A stretch of 64,000 nucleotides of DNA. It comes from Macrostomum hystrix. Taxonomy: Eukaryota > Animalia > Platyhelminthes. Below are positions 14,313 through 27,931 of the stretch, piece by piece. The notes beneath the pieces were generated by a model. That model did not search any database. It worked only from the letters and a program-made list of their open reading frames with translations, and was not told the DNA's origin. Within the stretch, counting starts at the first letter, position 1. Each line of letters starts with the position of its first letter. Both the position numbers and the translations under genes were made by a program. Location: contig CATNEN010000003.1 of the NCBI GenBank assembly GCA_950097015.1, positions 14,136,001 to 14,200,000 of the forward strand, written 5' to 3'.

Positions 14313-14624
14313 CTTAAGTATTACATAATGATATTGGCTTAATTTCTCTATGCAAATCTGTGAAATTTCCATTTTTAAGTTTTTTTGTCGGCAAGAAAGA
14401 GAATTATTGTATATTTACATATTCTAGGAAAGTTAGATTTCTCCTTCACCCGAGTGTTACGAACTCTAGGGCAATGAGAAAATGTAATTTACTTGGTTAT
14501 GCAACTGTCAAGAATACATTAGTTTGGAATAAGCAAAGCATAATTAACCTAAATAGTCAACAGTTATAAAATTAATGAAAGGATCCATTTTGACACTCTG
14601 AACCACTTCGCATTCATGACCTAT

Positions 14625-15745
14625 CTTGAAATCCCTGACGAATCTTGAATCCCTGACCATTTAGAATCCCTGACCATTTAGAATCCCTGACCCATTTAGA
14701 ATCCCTAACCCGCTTTGAATCCCTGATCTCATTAGAATCCCTGACCAATTTAGAATCCCTGACCCACTTTGAATCCCTGACCTCATTAGAATACCTGACC
14801 AATTTAGAATCCCTGACCCATTTTGAATCCCTGACCCATTTTGAATCCCTGACCTCATTAGAATCCCTGACCAATTTAGAATCCCTGACCCATTTAGAAT
14901 CCCTAACCCGCTTTGAATCCCTGATCTCATTAGAATCCCTGACCAATTTAGAATCCCTGACCCACTTTGAATCCCTGACCTCATTAGAATCCCTGACCAA
15001 TTTAGAATCCCTGACCCATTTTGAATCCCTGACCCACTTTGAATCCCTGACCTCATTAGAATCCCTGACCAATTTAGAATCCCTGACCCATTTAGAATCC
15101 CTGACCCACTTTGAATCCCTGATCTCATTAGAATCCTGAACCATTTAGAATCCCTGACCCATTTTGAATCCCTGACCCTTTTTGAATCCCTGACCCGCTT
15201 TGAATCCCTGACCCTTTTAGAATCCCTGACCCACTTTGAATCCCTGACCTCATTAGAATCCCTGACCCATTTAGAATCCCTGACCCATTTTGAATCCCTG
15301 ACCCACTTTGAATCCCTGACCCATTTAGAATCCCTGACCCACTTTGAATCCCTGACCCATTTAGAATCCCTGACCCACTTTGAATCCCTGACCCATTTAG
15401 AATCCCTGACCCACTTTGAATTCTTGACCCATTTAGAATCCCTGACCCACTTTGAATCCCTGACCCATCTTGGAATCCCTGACCGATTTAGAATCCCTGA
15501 CCCATTTAGAATCCCTGACCCATCTTGGAATCCCTGACCGATTTAGAATCCCTGACCGATTTAGAATCCCTGACCCATCTTGGAATCCCTGACCGATTTA
15601 GAATCCCTGACCCATTTAGAATCCCTGACCCATCTTGGAATCCCTTACCCACTTTGAATCCCTGACCCATTTACAATCCCAGACTCACTTTGAATCCTGA
15701 CCCATTTACAATCCCTGACTCACTTTGAATCCCTGACCCAATTTA
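14625..15745 (+). repeat. 18-19-bp minisatellite AGAATCCCTGACCCATTT
   Basis: About 60 copies. Confidence 0.95.
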
Positions 15746-15924
15746 GAGTCATTGCTCTTTATCCACCTTCTAGTCGAGATACTTTGAATATTTCGAATCC
15801 CGGTTCATCTGGGGAGAAAAATGTTTGATTCAGCCCCTGTGCGATGCAATTAATCAGAGATGAATTCAGATAGACACCCGAAATCTGTTTTTTTCCCCCA
15901 TCGAAGATTGAAGACCCCACAAGA

Positions 15925-16040
15925 GGAAGAGAAGTAAGAATGGGAAAAAAGTTGGCTAGCTGTCTGAACGCAACTTCAAAGCTTTATCAAATCTGGCAAT
16001 CAAATATGGCGATTGGGATCACATGAAACATTTCCCAACT
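15925..16040 (+). pseudogene. Possible RTE-clade LINE fragment
   Basis: Translates as EVRMGKKLASCLNATSKLYQIWQSNMAIGIT*, resembling the post-RT segment E/DI..R..KA..AF.KL..IW.S of RTE elements. Confidence 0.3.
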
Positions 16041-16417
16041 CCCGAAATCTCAGATTCCAAAGATCGGTACGGATTGAAGCAAGTGATTGATGATGATGAA
16101 ATGGACAGTTCCGATTATCCTACTGTTTCATTTACTGTTTATGATACTGGAATTAATAATTAGCTATAGAATTCTTTCTTAAGATGGGATTAGCACAGCA
16201 ATGCGGTGGGAGATTACAAGCCATTATCATTTTGTCAATTAATAACAGCTTTTTATTGCATTGCAAAATTAATTCAGAAATACTTTGATTTAAGGTTCTT
16301 ACAAAAAATTTCATAAGGATTTTTCTGTTGCACTTGGGGCATTTTCAAGTTAGAAGTGCTTCGACTGCAGCAAAAAAATTAATTTCTTTGTTCATTTGAT
16401 AATCCGAAAGAACTGAG

Positions 16418-16976
16418 CTCTTGGGTCAAGGGTTTAGTTTCTTAGGTCAGCGATTTAGATTCCTGGGTCAGTGATTTAGATTCTTGGGTCAGTGATTTAG
16501 ATTCTTGGGTCAAAGGTTTAGATTCTTGGGTAAAGGATTTAGATTATTGGGTAAAGGATTTAGATTCTTGGGTAAAGGGTTTCGATTCTTGGGTCAGTGA
16601 TTTTGATTCTTGGGTAAAGGATTTACATTCTTGGGTCAAAATTTTAGATTCTTGGGTCAAAATTTTAGATTCTTGGGTCAAACGTTTCGATTCTTGGGTC
16701 AAGTGTTTAGATTCTTAGGTCAAGGGTTTAGATTCTTGGGTAAAGGATTTAGATTCTTGGGTCAAGGGTTTAGATTCTTGGGTAAAGGATTTAGATTCTT
16801 GGGTCAAGGGTTTAGATTCCTAGGTCTAGGGTTTAGATTCTTGGGTCAGTGATTTAGATTCTTGGGTCAAGGGTTTAGATTCTTGGGTCAAGGGTTTAGA
16901 TTCTTGGGTCAAGGGTTTAGATTCTTGGGTCAAGGGTTTAGATTCTTGGGTCAAGGGTTTAGATTCTTGGGTCAAG
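16418..16976 (+). repeat. 21-bp minisatellite AGATTCTTGGGTCAAGGGTTT
   Basis: About 26 copies. Confidence 0.95.
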
Positions 16977-17508
16977 CCTAAAAGGTTTCTTTTTCAAGAA
17001 TGGATTTCATAAAATGGGTCCGCATTCAAGCACAACAAGAAGCCCGAATTTGAAAAGCAAAGTCCTGCTGTGAAAAAAATATTTTTAGTACACGTGTTCT
17101 TTAATACGATCAAAGGATTAAAAAATCATTTAAGACAATCTTCTAGACAGACACGATAGTGCGGATTTAATCCATGTCTAGATCAATTAAATCACGCCTC
17201 GAAATAACCACGATAAAAATATTCTATATTTTGATATTTGATTTTATTTTATTTTATATATTTTTTTTATTTTTTATTTTATATTTGATTCTTATTTTTG
17301 AAATAAATTGGAACCAAAAGGCAATACAAAATTGACAGTTTTTTTTCTACGAAACATGCGAGTTTAATCACGTTTCGTCATCCTTATCAACTGGGATGAA
17401 GTTGAGAATTATTGACTCAAACTCGCAGACCGCTATATAACAATTTATAGTTTCTCTAAATCCAGTCATGTTTGCAAAATGTGTCGATCATTTTAAAGTT
17501 ACATCTAT

Positions 17509-18698
17509 TACCTGCTAGACACATCCAGTACCTGTTAGACACATCCAGTACCTGTTAGACACATCCAGTACCTGTTAGACACATCCAGTACCTGTTAGAC
17601 ACATCCAGTACCTGTTAGACACATCCAGTACCTGTTAGACACATCCTAACTCTAACAGACACATCCAGTACCTGTTAGACACGTTTAAAAACTGTTAGAC
17701 ACATCCAGTACCTGTTAGATACGTTTAATAACTGTTAGACACATACAGTACCTGTTAGACACGTTAAATAACTGTTAGACACATCCAGTACCTGTTAGAC
17801 ACGTTTAATAACTGTTAGATACATCTAATACCTGTTAGACATATCCAATACCTGTTAGACACATCTCGTACCTGTTAGACAAATCCCATACCTGTTAGAC
17901 ACATATAATACCTGTTAGACACATTCAGTACCTGTTAGACACATCCAGTACCTGTTAGACACATCATAACTCTAAAAGACACATCCATTACCTGTTAGAC
18001 ACATCCTATACCTTTCATACACGTTTAATAACTGTTAGACACATCCAGTACCTGTTAGACACGTTTAATAACTGTTAGATACATCTAATACCTGTTAGAC
18101 ATATCCAATACCTGTTAGACACATCTCGTACCTGTTAGACAAATCCCATACCTGTTAGACACATATAATACCTGTTAGACACATTCAGTACCTGTTAGAC
18201 ACATCCAGTACCTGTTAGACACATCATAACTCTAAAAGACACATCCATTACCTGTTAGACACATCCTATACCTTTCATACACGTTTAATAACTGTTAGAT
18301 ACATCTAATACCTGTTAGACAAATCTCATACCTGTTAGGCACATACAATACCTGTTAGACAAATCTCATACCTGTTAGGCACATATAATACCTGTTAGAC
18401 AAATCTCATACCTGTTAGGCACATCCAGTACCTGTTAGACACATCATAACTCTAATAGACACAACCAGTACCTGTTAGACACATCATAACTCTAATAGAC
18501 ACATCCAGTACCTGTTAGACACATCATAACTCTAATAGACACATCCATTACCTGTTAGACACAACCTATACCGTTCATACACGTTTAATAACTGTTAGAT
18601 ACATCTAATACCTGTTAGACAAATCTCATACCTGTTAGGCACATATAATACCTGTTAGACACATCCAGTACCTGTTAGACACGTTTGATACCTGTTGA
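17509..18698 (+). repeat. 20-bp minisatellite ACATCCAGTACCTGTTAGAC with a 260-bp block duplication
   Basis: About 59 copies; the variant series at 17801-18020 recurs at 18061-18280. Confidence 0.95.
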
Positions 18699-19354
18699 CA
18701 GTGGAACTGATACGAATCGATCAGTAACAAATTCAAAAATTTTCTGTCTGTGTTCAACAAAGATTCCTATATATCTCAGCCACTCAGCATTGACAGTCAG
18801 CATTGGAAATAAAAACAAGCTAAAAAAAGTGTTACGCAGAATGTTCTGCATTTTGGATACGGAACGGCTGCCCCAACCGGCATAGATTTAACTAGAATAA
18901 GCGGGCAACAAATCATCAGTCTTTGAATAAGCAGATGTCCGCAGATTCTATTACGCAATAATGAAATTGGCTTTCATCACCATAGGTCTTTGTCTCAGAT
19001 TTGTCTCTGGGGGGGTCCTTGTGTTTCTGTCCGCCAGCAATCTAGCCATCCTTTCATGCCCTAGACATTTGTGGGGTCTTTCTTTGGCGCGGAGATGTGA
19101 TGAAAGTCTTTGTTTAACCTAGCCTATAGAATTCTCCCCAATTCTCGCATAACCACAATGACATTGGGTCGTGCCTAAAATTCAATGTCCTAAGTAGAAT
19201 TTCTAATTCTCTGTTTTGTTTCACAATGCACAATGCATTCTATATTTTGGGAAGGGATATGGGAAACCGAGACGACAAGAATAAACACAATTTGGGAAAT
19301 AAATGGGATAATTGGGAGAATGGGCGAGGAAGAGAGAGTATAATTCTTTGAAGA

Positions 19355-19700
19355 TAGGGGTAGAATGCTAAGGAGGGGTAGAATGCAACAGTGAAGGAGG
19401 GGTAGAATGCTAATGAGAAGGAGGGGTAGAATGCTAAGGAGGGGTAGAATGCTAAGGAGGGGTAGAATGCAACAGTAAAGGAGGGGTAGAATGCAACAGA
19501 GAAGGAGGGGTAGAATGCAACAGAGAAGGAGGGGTAGAATGCAACAGTGAAGGAGGGGTAGAATGCAACAGTGAAGGAGGGGTAGAATGCAACAGTGAAG
19601 GAGGGGTAGAATGCAACAGTGAAGGAGGGGTAGAATGCAACAGTGAAGGAGGGGTAGAATACAACAGTGAAGGAGGGGTAGAATACAACAGTGAAGGATG
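19355..19700 (+). repeat. 24-bp minisatellite AAGGAGGGGTAGAATGCAACAGTG
   Basis: Direct reading. Confidence 0.93.
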
Positions 19701-20140
19701 GTGAAGGAATTCATAAGGCTAAAGGAATTTTCCCAGAGTTCTAAATCTAGTTTCCCAGCACAGCGGTCAATGCAGTTTAAAGTTTCTAAGGCTGGAAGGC
19801 AGAAAGAAGATAAAGGCAGACTGCTGGAAATGGTTGGCCAATGTTGCTATACGGGACAAAGCTTCAGTCTTTGAGGAAAGACGGCATTCCTTTTCTGAAG
19901 AGGAGAAAGTTTTCCGCTGGTTGCTTCAAGCCAAAGAAGAGGAGACGGTTTGACATTGGACATGACAGGCACGTCAAGGTGGGGCCTGGAAGCGAATTAC
20001 AGAGAAAAATGGTCTAAGGTAGACAGAAAAAGTTTAGGATATCTATCCTCACTACCTCCCGTGCAAGATTCTAAATTATTAAAAGAAAGGCAACGAGAAA
20101 ATAATTTTTTCAAGCATTTTCTAACCACTGTTGATATTTT

Positions 20141-20461
20141 GGGGTTGTTGTAGCCTAGTGATTAGATCGTCGGAATTGCGACTTCACGGTCGGTGGTTCG
20201 ATTCCCGACTCCACAGAAACAATTTTGTGTCTTTTATTAGGCAAGAAGCTTAACTACGCATTGCTTCAGTTCACCCAGCTGTTAAATGGGTACCAGCATT
20301 AGCTGGGGTAATTGTGGGTGGGTGAAGAATGCAACCCCAGTCCATGGACTGAACAGCCGTACGCAGCCTTCAGATGCGCCGCGCAATAGCTGCGGCTGTG
20401 CTGTCGGCTGCACATCTGGCCCAATTGGGGCAGGTGTGAATCATTTTTTAAGTTTTTTTTT
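20141..20461 (+). mobile_element. tRNA-derived CORE-like SINE (family 1)
   Basis: A box TAGCCTAGTGATT, B box GGTTCGATTCC, CORE-like GGCAAG..CTTAAC...CTTCAGTTCACCCAGCTGTTAAATGGG and a T-rich tail; homologous copies elsewhere in the window. Confidence 0.8.
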
Positions 20462-20544
20462 GCCGCAGTGAAATTTCCTGTCCTATGGTGAATTTTTTGG
20501 GAAATGATCTAATATTTTCATGATCTGAGTCTCTTTAATCGTTC

Positions 20545-21290
20545 ATTCTCTGCCTCCCCTTCTCTCATTCAGCCCTTCTCCTATTATCCCCTTCTTTAAT
20601 TCTCTTCTCTCCCATTCTCCCATTCTCCCATTCTCCCATTCTTCCCTTCTCCTATTCTCCCATTCTTGTCTTCTCCTATTCTGACATTCTCTTCTTCTCC
20701 CATTTTCCCCTTCTCCTATTTTCCCCTTCTCCCCTTCTCCCCTTCTCCCATTCTCCCCTTCTCCCATTCTCCCCTTCTCCCATTCTCCCCTTCTCCTATT
20801 TTCCTCTTATCCCCTTCTCCCCTTCTCCCATTCTCCCCTTCTCCCATTCTCCCCTTCTCCCATTCTCCCCTTCTCCCATTCTCCCCTTCTCCCATTCTCC
20901 CCTTCTCCCATTCTCCCCTTCTCCTATTCTCCCCTTCTCTCATTCTCCTTTTCTCTCATTCTCCCCTTCTCCCATTCTCCCCTTCTCCCATTCTCCCCTT
21001 CTCTCATTCTCCCCTTCTCCCGTTCAGCGCTTCTCCCCTTCTCCCCTTCTCCCCTTCTTCCCTTCGCCCATTCTCCCCATCTCCCCTTCTCCCCTTCTTC
21101 CCTTCGCCCATTCTCCCCATCTCCCCTTCTCCCCTTCTTCCCTTCGCCCATTCTCCCCTTCTCCCAGTCTCCTAGTCTCCCGTTCTCCCATTCTCCTATT
21201 CTCCCCTTTTCCCATTCTACCCTTCTCCCGTTCGTCGCCTCCGAGATTCCTAAATTCTCCCCTTCTCCTCTACCCCTTTTTTCCTCCAAA
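20545..21290 (+). repeat. Pyrimidine-rich 8-bp repeat TTCTCCC(C/A)
   Basis: Direct reading. Confidence 0.92.
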
Positions 21291-21904
21291 TCTTCCCATC
21301 GTTTTCTTGCCTAGACAATGTATTTTCTTAGTATGATCTAGCTCGTTCCTTTAATTGAACCTCTTTGTTTTCAGCAGTTTTTTCCTTAATTTTTCCTCTC
21401 ATTGGCCCGGGTCCCAATATATATCTTCAGTCCTAAATATTTCCCACTATCGTGCCTCTATCAGTAAAGTCATATATTTTCTTTCCAGGCCGCAATTTTC
21501 AGGCTCAAAATAAGAATCCCATGCCAAGTAGACCCCACCCAGTCGACTCATACTTGGACTGCTTGGCAGGGCTTTTATTTATCTACAAATTGCGTAATCC
21601 TATAAATAGTCACTATTGCAACTTTTCAAACGCAATGCCCTCCTATATAAATTTAAATTGGATGAATTCGTTGGGGGCAGATTCTGAGGATTTGGGCGGA
21701 ATAGGGATTTGAACTCAGACATAGACCATCTGGCTATTCTCCGAGAGGCTGCGTGACTTCTTGGCTTATCTGCACCTAGAAGAAGGCTGCCATTTTAGAC
21801 GCCAAGGTGTAAAATGACTTATATTTAATACGAAATGAGGGGTTCAAAATCTTTTCCTGTGCCAATTCATCTGTGCCAAATAACAAATCACCCGACTTCA
21901 TCCG

Positions 21905-23270
21905 AAGGGAGGTCACTTGACCCTTGTTTTGACGAGAGTGTGATATGATTTTGACCAAGGGATCTTTTGAGGAAGGGGTCAGTTGACCATGAGAAGGTCT
22001 AATACTTTCTTGGTTAAAACCGGACTGTGCCAAATGCTTCATTTATTTATTGGGTGAGGTCAGTTGACCCCTTCAGAGGTTCAGTATTGAACGGGTTGAC
22101 CCCTCTGACCTCTCTTTCTTCATTCTCCCTTTCCTCCGTTCTCCCAGTCTCCCCTTCTCCCCTTCTCCCCTTCTCCCAGTTTCCCCTTCTAACAGTCTCT
22201 AGGTATCCAATTCTCCCCTTTTCTCCCAATATCCCCTTTCTCCCAGTCTCCCATTCTCCCTTTCTCCCATTCTCCCATTCTCCCATTCTCTCATTCGCTC
22301 ATTCTCCCCATCTCCCGTTCTCCCTTTTCTTCTAATATCCTTCTTCTCCCATTCTCCCCTTCTCCCCTTCTCCCCTTCTCCTCTTCTCTCATTCGCCCAT
22401 TCTCCCCATCTCCCGTTCTCACTTTTCTCCAAATACCCCCTTCTCCCATTCTCCCCTTCTCCCCTTCTCCCCTTCTCCTATTCTCCCCTTCTCCCCTTCT
22501 CACCTTCTCTCATTCTCCCCTTCTCTCATTCTCCCCTTCTCCCGTTCACCCAGTCTCCCATTTCCCCTTCTCCCATTCTCCCCTTATCCCCTTCTTCCAT
22601 TCTCCCTTCTCCCTTCTCCCCTTCTCCCCTTCTCCCATTCTCCCCTTCTCCCTTCTCCCCTTCTCCCCTTCTCCCATTCTCCCCTTCTCCCCTTCTCCCA
22701 TTCTCCTCTTCTCTCATTCGCCCATTCTCCCCATCTCCCGTTCTCCCTTTTCTCCTAATATCCCCCTTCTCTCATTCTCCCCTTCTCCCGTTCACCCAGT
22801 CTCCCATTTCCCCTTCTCCCATTCTCCCCTTATCCCCTTCTTCCATTCTCCCCTTCTCCCCTTCTCCCATTCTCCTCTTCTCTCATTCGCCCATTCTCCC
22901 CATCTCCCGTTCTCCCTTTTCTCCTAATATCCCCCTTCTCTCATTCTCCCATTCTCCCGTTCTCCCGTTCTTCCCTATAAAAAATTATTCTGGAGGTTTG
23001 GTATTGAATGGATTCGAAAGGAGGGGTCAGTTGACCCCTAAAATGTTCGATAGTCAATTGGTTTGACATAAAAAAGTCAGTTGACATTAAAAATATTTGT
23101 CCACTTTGGTCAAATCGACTCTGAAGATCAAAATGATAGATTTTTTATCAAATAGACACTTCAAGGATCAAGGTATCGAAATACTTCAGAAAATATTCAG
23201 AGAGACAATTTAAATTTTTCACGTCTCATAGAATCAAATTTGACCCCATTGTTACCTTAGAGTCAATTAG
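21905..23270. mobile_element. Decayed DNA-transposon remnant with repeated GGTCAnnTGACC motifs, interrupted by a TC-rich array
   Basis: GGTCA(G/C)TTGACC at about 21911, 21977, 22058 and 23025, with variants at 23076, 23108 and 23234. Confidence 0.4.
22115..22975 (+). repeat. Pyrimidine-rich 8-bp repeat TTCTCCC(C/A), second array
   Basis: Direct reading. Confidence 0.92.
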
Positions 23271-23309
23271 ACAAAAATTATGAAAAAATAAAACAATAAT
23301 TAAAATCGA

Positions 23310-23582
23310 TTACGCCTGCCCCAATCAGGGCCAGATGTGCAGCCGACAGCACAGCCGCAGCTATTGCGCGGCGCATCTGAAGGCTGCGTACGACTGTTCA
23401 GTCCATGGACTGGGGGGTGGACGCTAATGCTGGTAACCGTCTATCAGCTGGATGAGCTGCAGCAATGCAGAGTTAAGTGTCTTGCTTGTAAAAGACACAA
23501 ATTGTTTCGCTGGAGTCGGGAATCGAACCTCCGACCTTCGAGTCGTAAGCCACACGCTCAAACAACAAGGCCACAACCTCCT
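23310..23582 (-). mobile_element. SINE family 1 copy
   Basis: Reverse-complement match to 20141-20445 (CAGATGTGCAGCCGACAGCACAGCCGCAGCTATTGCGCGGCGCATCTGAAG; B box GGAATCGAACC). Confidence 0.8.
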
Positions 23583-23954
23583 CCTACGCTCGTAGTCTAG
23601 CTTGAATATGATTGCTGAAATTGATTGGGTGAGTCAGTAGAATGACTCTATCTCATACTAAACCTATTCTGGTTCAATAGAATTTTTGTCTGATAATGTA
23701 ATAAATAGACAACAATAAGACAGATTTATGCTCTAAGCTTCTTCAGCGCCACTTTTATGGAAGATTTTAGACGCACCGCTGATCCAGGGGTCATAAAAAT
23801 GGGGATTTGAGCATAATTGTCACATTTTGTATTGATATGGTCTTGAAGGCGTGGCAGAGCTCTGCACACTGGGGTTGGGTGAACAGGATTTCAAAGAGGT
23901 ACGGGTGTCCGCTTTGCGGCCTCCGGTTAAAATATTCATTTCTGCTTCAGCCTG

Positions 23955-25352
23955 GCAGACAGGATAGACAGGATAGACAAGACAGACAAGACAAGACAGA
24001 CAAGACAGACAATACAAAAGAGACAGACAAGACAGACAGAAAGACAGACAGACAGACAAGACAGACAGACAAGACAGAAAAGACAAGACAGACAACACAG
24101 ACAAGACAACACAGACAAGACATCACAGACAAGACAACACAGACAAGACAACACAGACAACACAGACAACACAGACAAGACAGACAAGACAGACAAGACA
24201 GACAAGACAACACAGACAAGACAGACAAGAAAACACAGACAAGACAGGCAAGACAGACAAGACAAGACAGACAACACAGACAAGACAAGACAGACAACAC
24301 AGACAAGACAAGACAGACAACACAGACAAGACAGACAATACAGACAAGACAAGACAGACAACACAGACAAGACAGCCAACACAGACGAGACAAGACAGAC
24401 AACACAGACAAGACAACACAGACAAGACAGACGAGACAAGACAGACAAGACAGACAAGACAACACAGACAACACAGACAAGACAGACGAGACAAGACAGA
24501 CAACACAGACAACACAGACAACACAGACAACACAGACAACACAGACAACAAAGACAAAACAGACAAGACAGACAAGACAACACAGACAACACAGACAAGA
24601 CAGACAAGACAGACGAGACAAGACAGACAACACAGACAAGACAACACAGACAAGACAGACGAGACAAGACAGACAAGACAGACAAGACAACACAGACAAC
24701 ACAGACAAGACAGACGAGACAAGACAAACAACACAGACAACACAGACAACACAGACGGGAGAAGGAGGGAGTAGGGAGAGGGGAGTAGGAGAAAGGAGAG
24801 TAGGAGAGAGGGGAGTAGGAGAGAGGGGAGTAGGTGAGAGGGAGTAGGAGAGAGGGGAGGAGAGAGGGGAGTAGGAGAGAGTGGAGTAGGAGAGAGGGGA
24901 GGAGAGAGGGGAGTAGGAGAGAGGGGAGTAGTAGAGAGGGAAGTAGGAGAGAGGGAAGTAGGAGAGAGTGGAGTAGGAGAGAGGTGAGGAGAGAGGGGGG
25001 TAGGAGAGAGGGGAGTAGGAGAGAGGGGAGGAGAGAGGGAAGTAGGAGAGAGGGAAGTAGGAGAGAGGGGAGTAGTAGAGAGGGGAGGAGAGAGGGGAGT
25101 AGGAGAGAGGGGAGGAGAGAGGGGAGTAGGAGAGAGGGGAGTAGTAGAGAGGGAAGTAGGAGAGAGGGAAGTAGGAGAGAGTGGAGTAGGAGAGAGGGGA
25201 GGAGAGAGGGGAGTAGGAGAGAGGGGAGTAGTAGAGAGGGAAGTAGGAGAGAGGGAAGTAGGAGAGAGTGGAGTAGGAGAGAGGTGAGGAGAGAGGGGAG
25301 TAGGAGAGAGGGGAGTAGGAGAGAGGGAAGTAGGAGAGAGTGGAGTAGGAGA
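23955..25352 (+). repeat. Compound array: CAGACAA(G/C)A-type repeats (23955-24756) abutting 15-bp GAGGGGAGTAGGAGA repeats (24757-25352)
   Basis: Direct reading. Confidence 0.93.
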
Positions 25353-25711
25353 TAGGCAAGTTGAATCAGTTTTTGCCTAAGACAATAGCATATTTTTTAA
25401 TGAAATATTTACAAACCTTTAAATGTTTTGCCTACACATCCTCTTTAATAAACAGTATGCATTATTTCTCATTTTTTAGCGTTCAGGAAATAACAAGCCT
25501 TCTCTGGCCAGGGTGTCAGTTTGGTTGCTTGGCATCAGTCAGGTGTTTCGCAGCATTCCAGAAGCATTTCTAGTCATGGATCCCACATACGCATTCAGAA
25601 CTGATCAGGGTTGAATGCGGCAATTCGGTAACTTTATTAACTACGGCGCATCATTTCTATCTTGTATTTAAAAATATACTGCAAACTTTTGACAGTCCTA
25701 CTATAAGTAGT

Positions 25712-27931
25712 GCAACAGTTGCAGTCTATTCCATCAATTGCAGTTTATTCATTTAGTCAGCTGCAGTCTATTCAATCAGCTGCAGTCTATTCAATCAGCT
25801 GCAGTCTATTCAATCAGCTGCAGTCTATTCAATCAGCTGCAGTCTATTCCATCAGTTGCAGTCTATTCAATCAGTCTATTCAATCAGTCTATTCAATCAG
25901 TCTATTCAATCAGCTGCAGTCTATTCAATCAGTTGCAGTCTATTCAATCAGTTGCAGTCTATTCAATCAGTTGCAGTCTATTCAATCAGTTGCAGTCTAT
26001 TCAATCAGCTGCAGTCTATTCAATCAGCTGCAGTCTATTCAATCAGCTGCAGTCTATTCAATCAGTTGCAGTCTATTCAATCAGCTGCAGTCTATTCAAT
26101 CAGTTGCAGTCTATTCAATCAGCTGCAGTCTATTCAATCAGTTGCAGTCTATTCAATCAGCTGCAGTCTATTCAATCAGCTGCAGTCTATTCAATCAGCT
26201 GCAGTCTATTCAATCAGCTGCAGTCTATTCAATCAGTTGCAGTCTATTCAATCAGCTGCAGTCTATTCAATCAGTTGCAGTCTATTCAATCAGCTGCAGT
26301 CTATTCAATCAGCTGCAGTCTATTCAATCAGTTGCAGTCTATTCAATCAGCTGCAGTCTATTCAATCAGTTGCAGTCTATTCAATCAGCTGCAGTCTATT
26401 CAATCAGTTGCAGTCTATTCAATCAGCTGCAGTCTATTCAATCAGCTGCAGTCTATTCAATCAGCTGCAGTCTATTCAATCAGCTGCAGTCTATTCAATC
26501 AGTTGCAGTCTATTCAATCAGTTGCAGTCTATTCAATCAGCTGCAGTCTATTCAATCAGTTGCAGTCTATTCAATCAGCTGCAGTCTATTCAATCAGTTG
26601 CAGTCTATTCAATCAGCTGCAGTCTATTCAATCAGCTGCAGTCTATTCAATCAGTTGCAGTCTATTCAATCAGCTGCAGTCTATTCAATCAGCTGCAGTC
26701 TATTCAATCAGCTGCAGTCTATTCAATCAGCTGCAGTCTATTCAATCAGTTGCAGTCTATTCAATCAGTTGCAGTCTATTCAATCAGCTGCAGTCTATTC
26801 AATCAGCTGCAGTCTATTCAATCAGTTGCAGTCTATTCAATCAGCTGCAGTCTATTCAATCAGCTGCAGTCTATTCAATCAGTTGCAGTCTATTCAATCA
26901 GCTGCAGTCTATTCAATCAGTTGCAGTCTATTCAATCAGCTGCAGTCTATTCAATCAGCTGCAGTCTATTCAATCAGCTGCAGTCTATTCAATCAGCTGC
27001 AGTCTATTCAATCAGTTGCAGTCTATTCAATCAGTTGCAGTCTATTCAATCAGCTGCAGTCTATTCAATCAGCTGCAGTCTATTCAATCAGCTGCAGTCT
27101 ATTCAATCAGTTGCAGTCTATTCAATCAGCTGCAGTCTATTCAATCAGTTGCAGTCTATTCAATCAGTTGCAGTCTATTCAATCAGTTGCAGTCTATTCA
27201 ATCAGCTGCAGTCTATTCAATCAGCTGCAGTCTATTCAATCAGTTGCAGTCTATTCAATCAGTTGCAGTCTATTCAATCAGCTGCAGTCTATTCAATCAG
27301 TTGCAGTCTATTCAATCAGCTGCAGTCTATTCAATCAGCTGCAGTCTATTCAATCAGCTGCAGTCTATTCAATCAGTTGCAGTCTATTCAATCAGCTGCA
27401 GTCTATTCAATCAGCTGCAGTCTATTCAATCAGCTGCAGTCTATTCAATCAGTTGCAGTCTATTCAATCAGCTGCAGTCTATTCAATCAGCTGCAGTCTA
27501 TTCAATCAGCTGCAGTCTATCCAATCAGCTGCAGTCTATTCAATCAGCTGCAGTCTATTCAATCAGCTGCAGTCTATTCAATCAGCTGCAGTCTATTCAA
27601 TCAGCTGCAGTCTATCCAATCAGCTGCAGTCTATTCAATCAGCTGCAGTCTATTCAATCAGCTGCAGTCTATCCAATCAGCTGCAGTCTATTCAATCAGC
27701 TGCAGTCTATTCAATCAGCTGCAGTCTATTCAATCAGCTGCAGTCTATTCAATCAGCTGCAGTCTATCCAATCAGCTGCAGTCTATTCAATCAGCTGCAG
27801 TCTATTCAATCAGCTGCAGTCTATTCAATCAGCTGCAGTCTATTCAATCAGCTGCAGTCTATTCAATCAGCTGCAGTCTATCCAATCAGCTGCAGTCTAT
27901 TCAATCAGCTGCAGTCTATTCAATCAGCTGC
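25712..27931 (+). repeat. 19-bp minisatellite TGCAGTCTATTCAATCAG(C/T)
   Basis: About 115 highly homogeneous copies. Confidence 0.98.

Noticed and set aside
20141-20215. tRNA gene (also near 23510-23582 and 60210-60281)
   Set aside because: A and B boxes are present but the cloverleaf stems are imperfect and the sequence continues into a shared SINE body.
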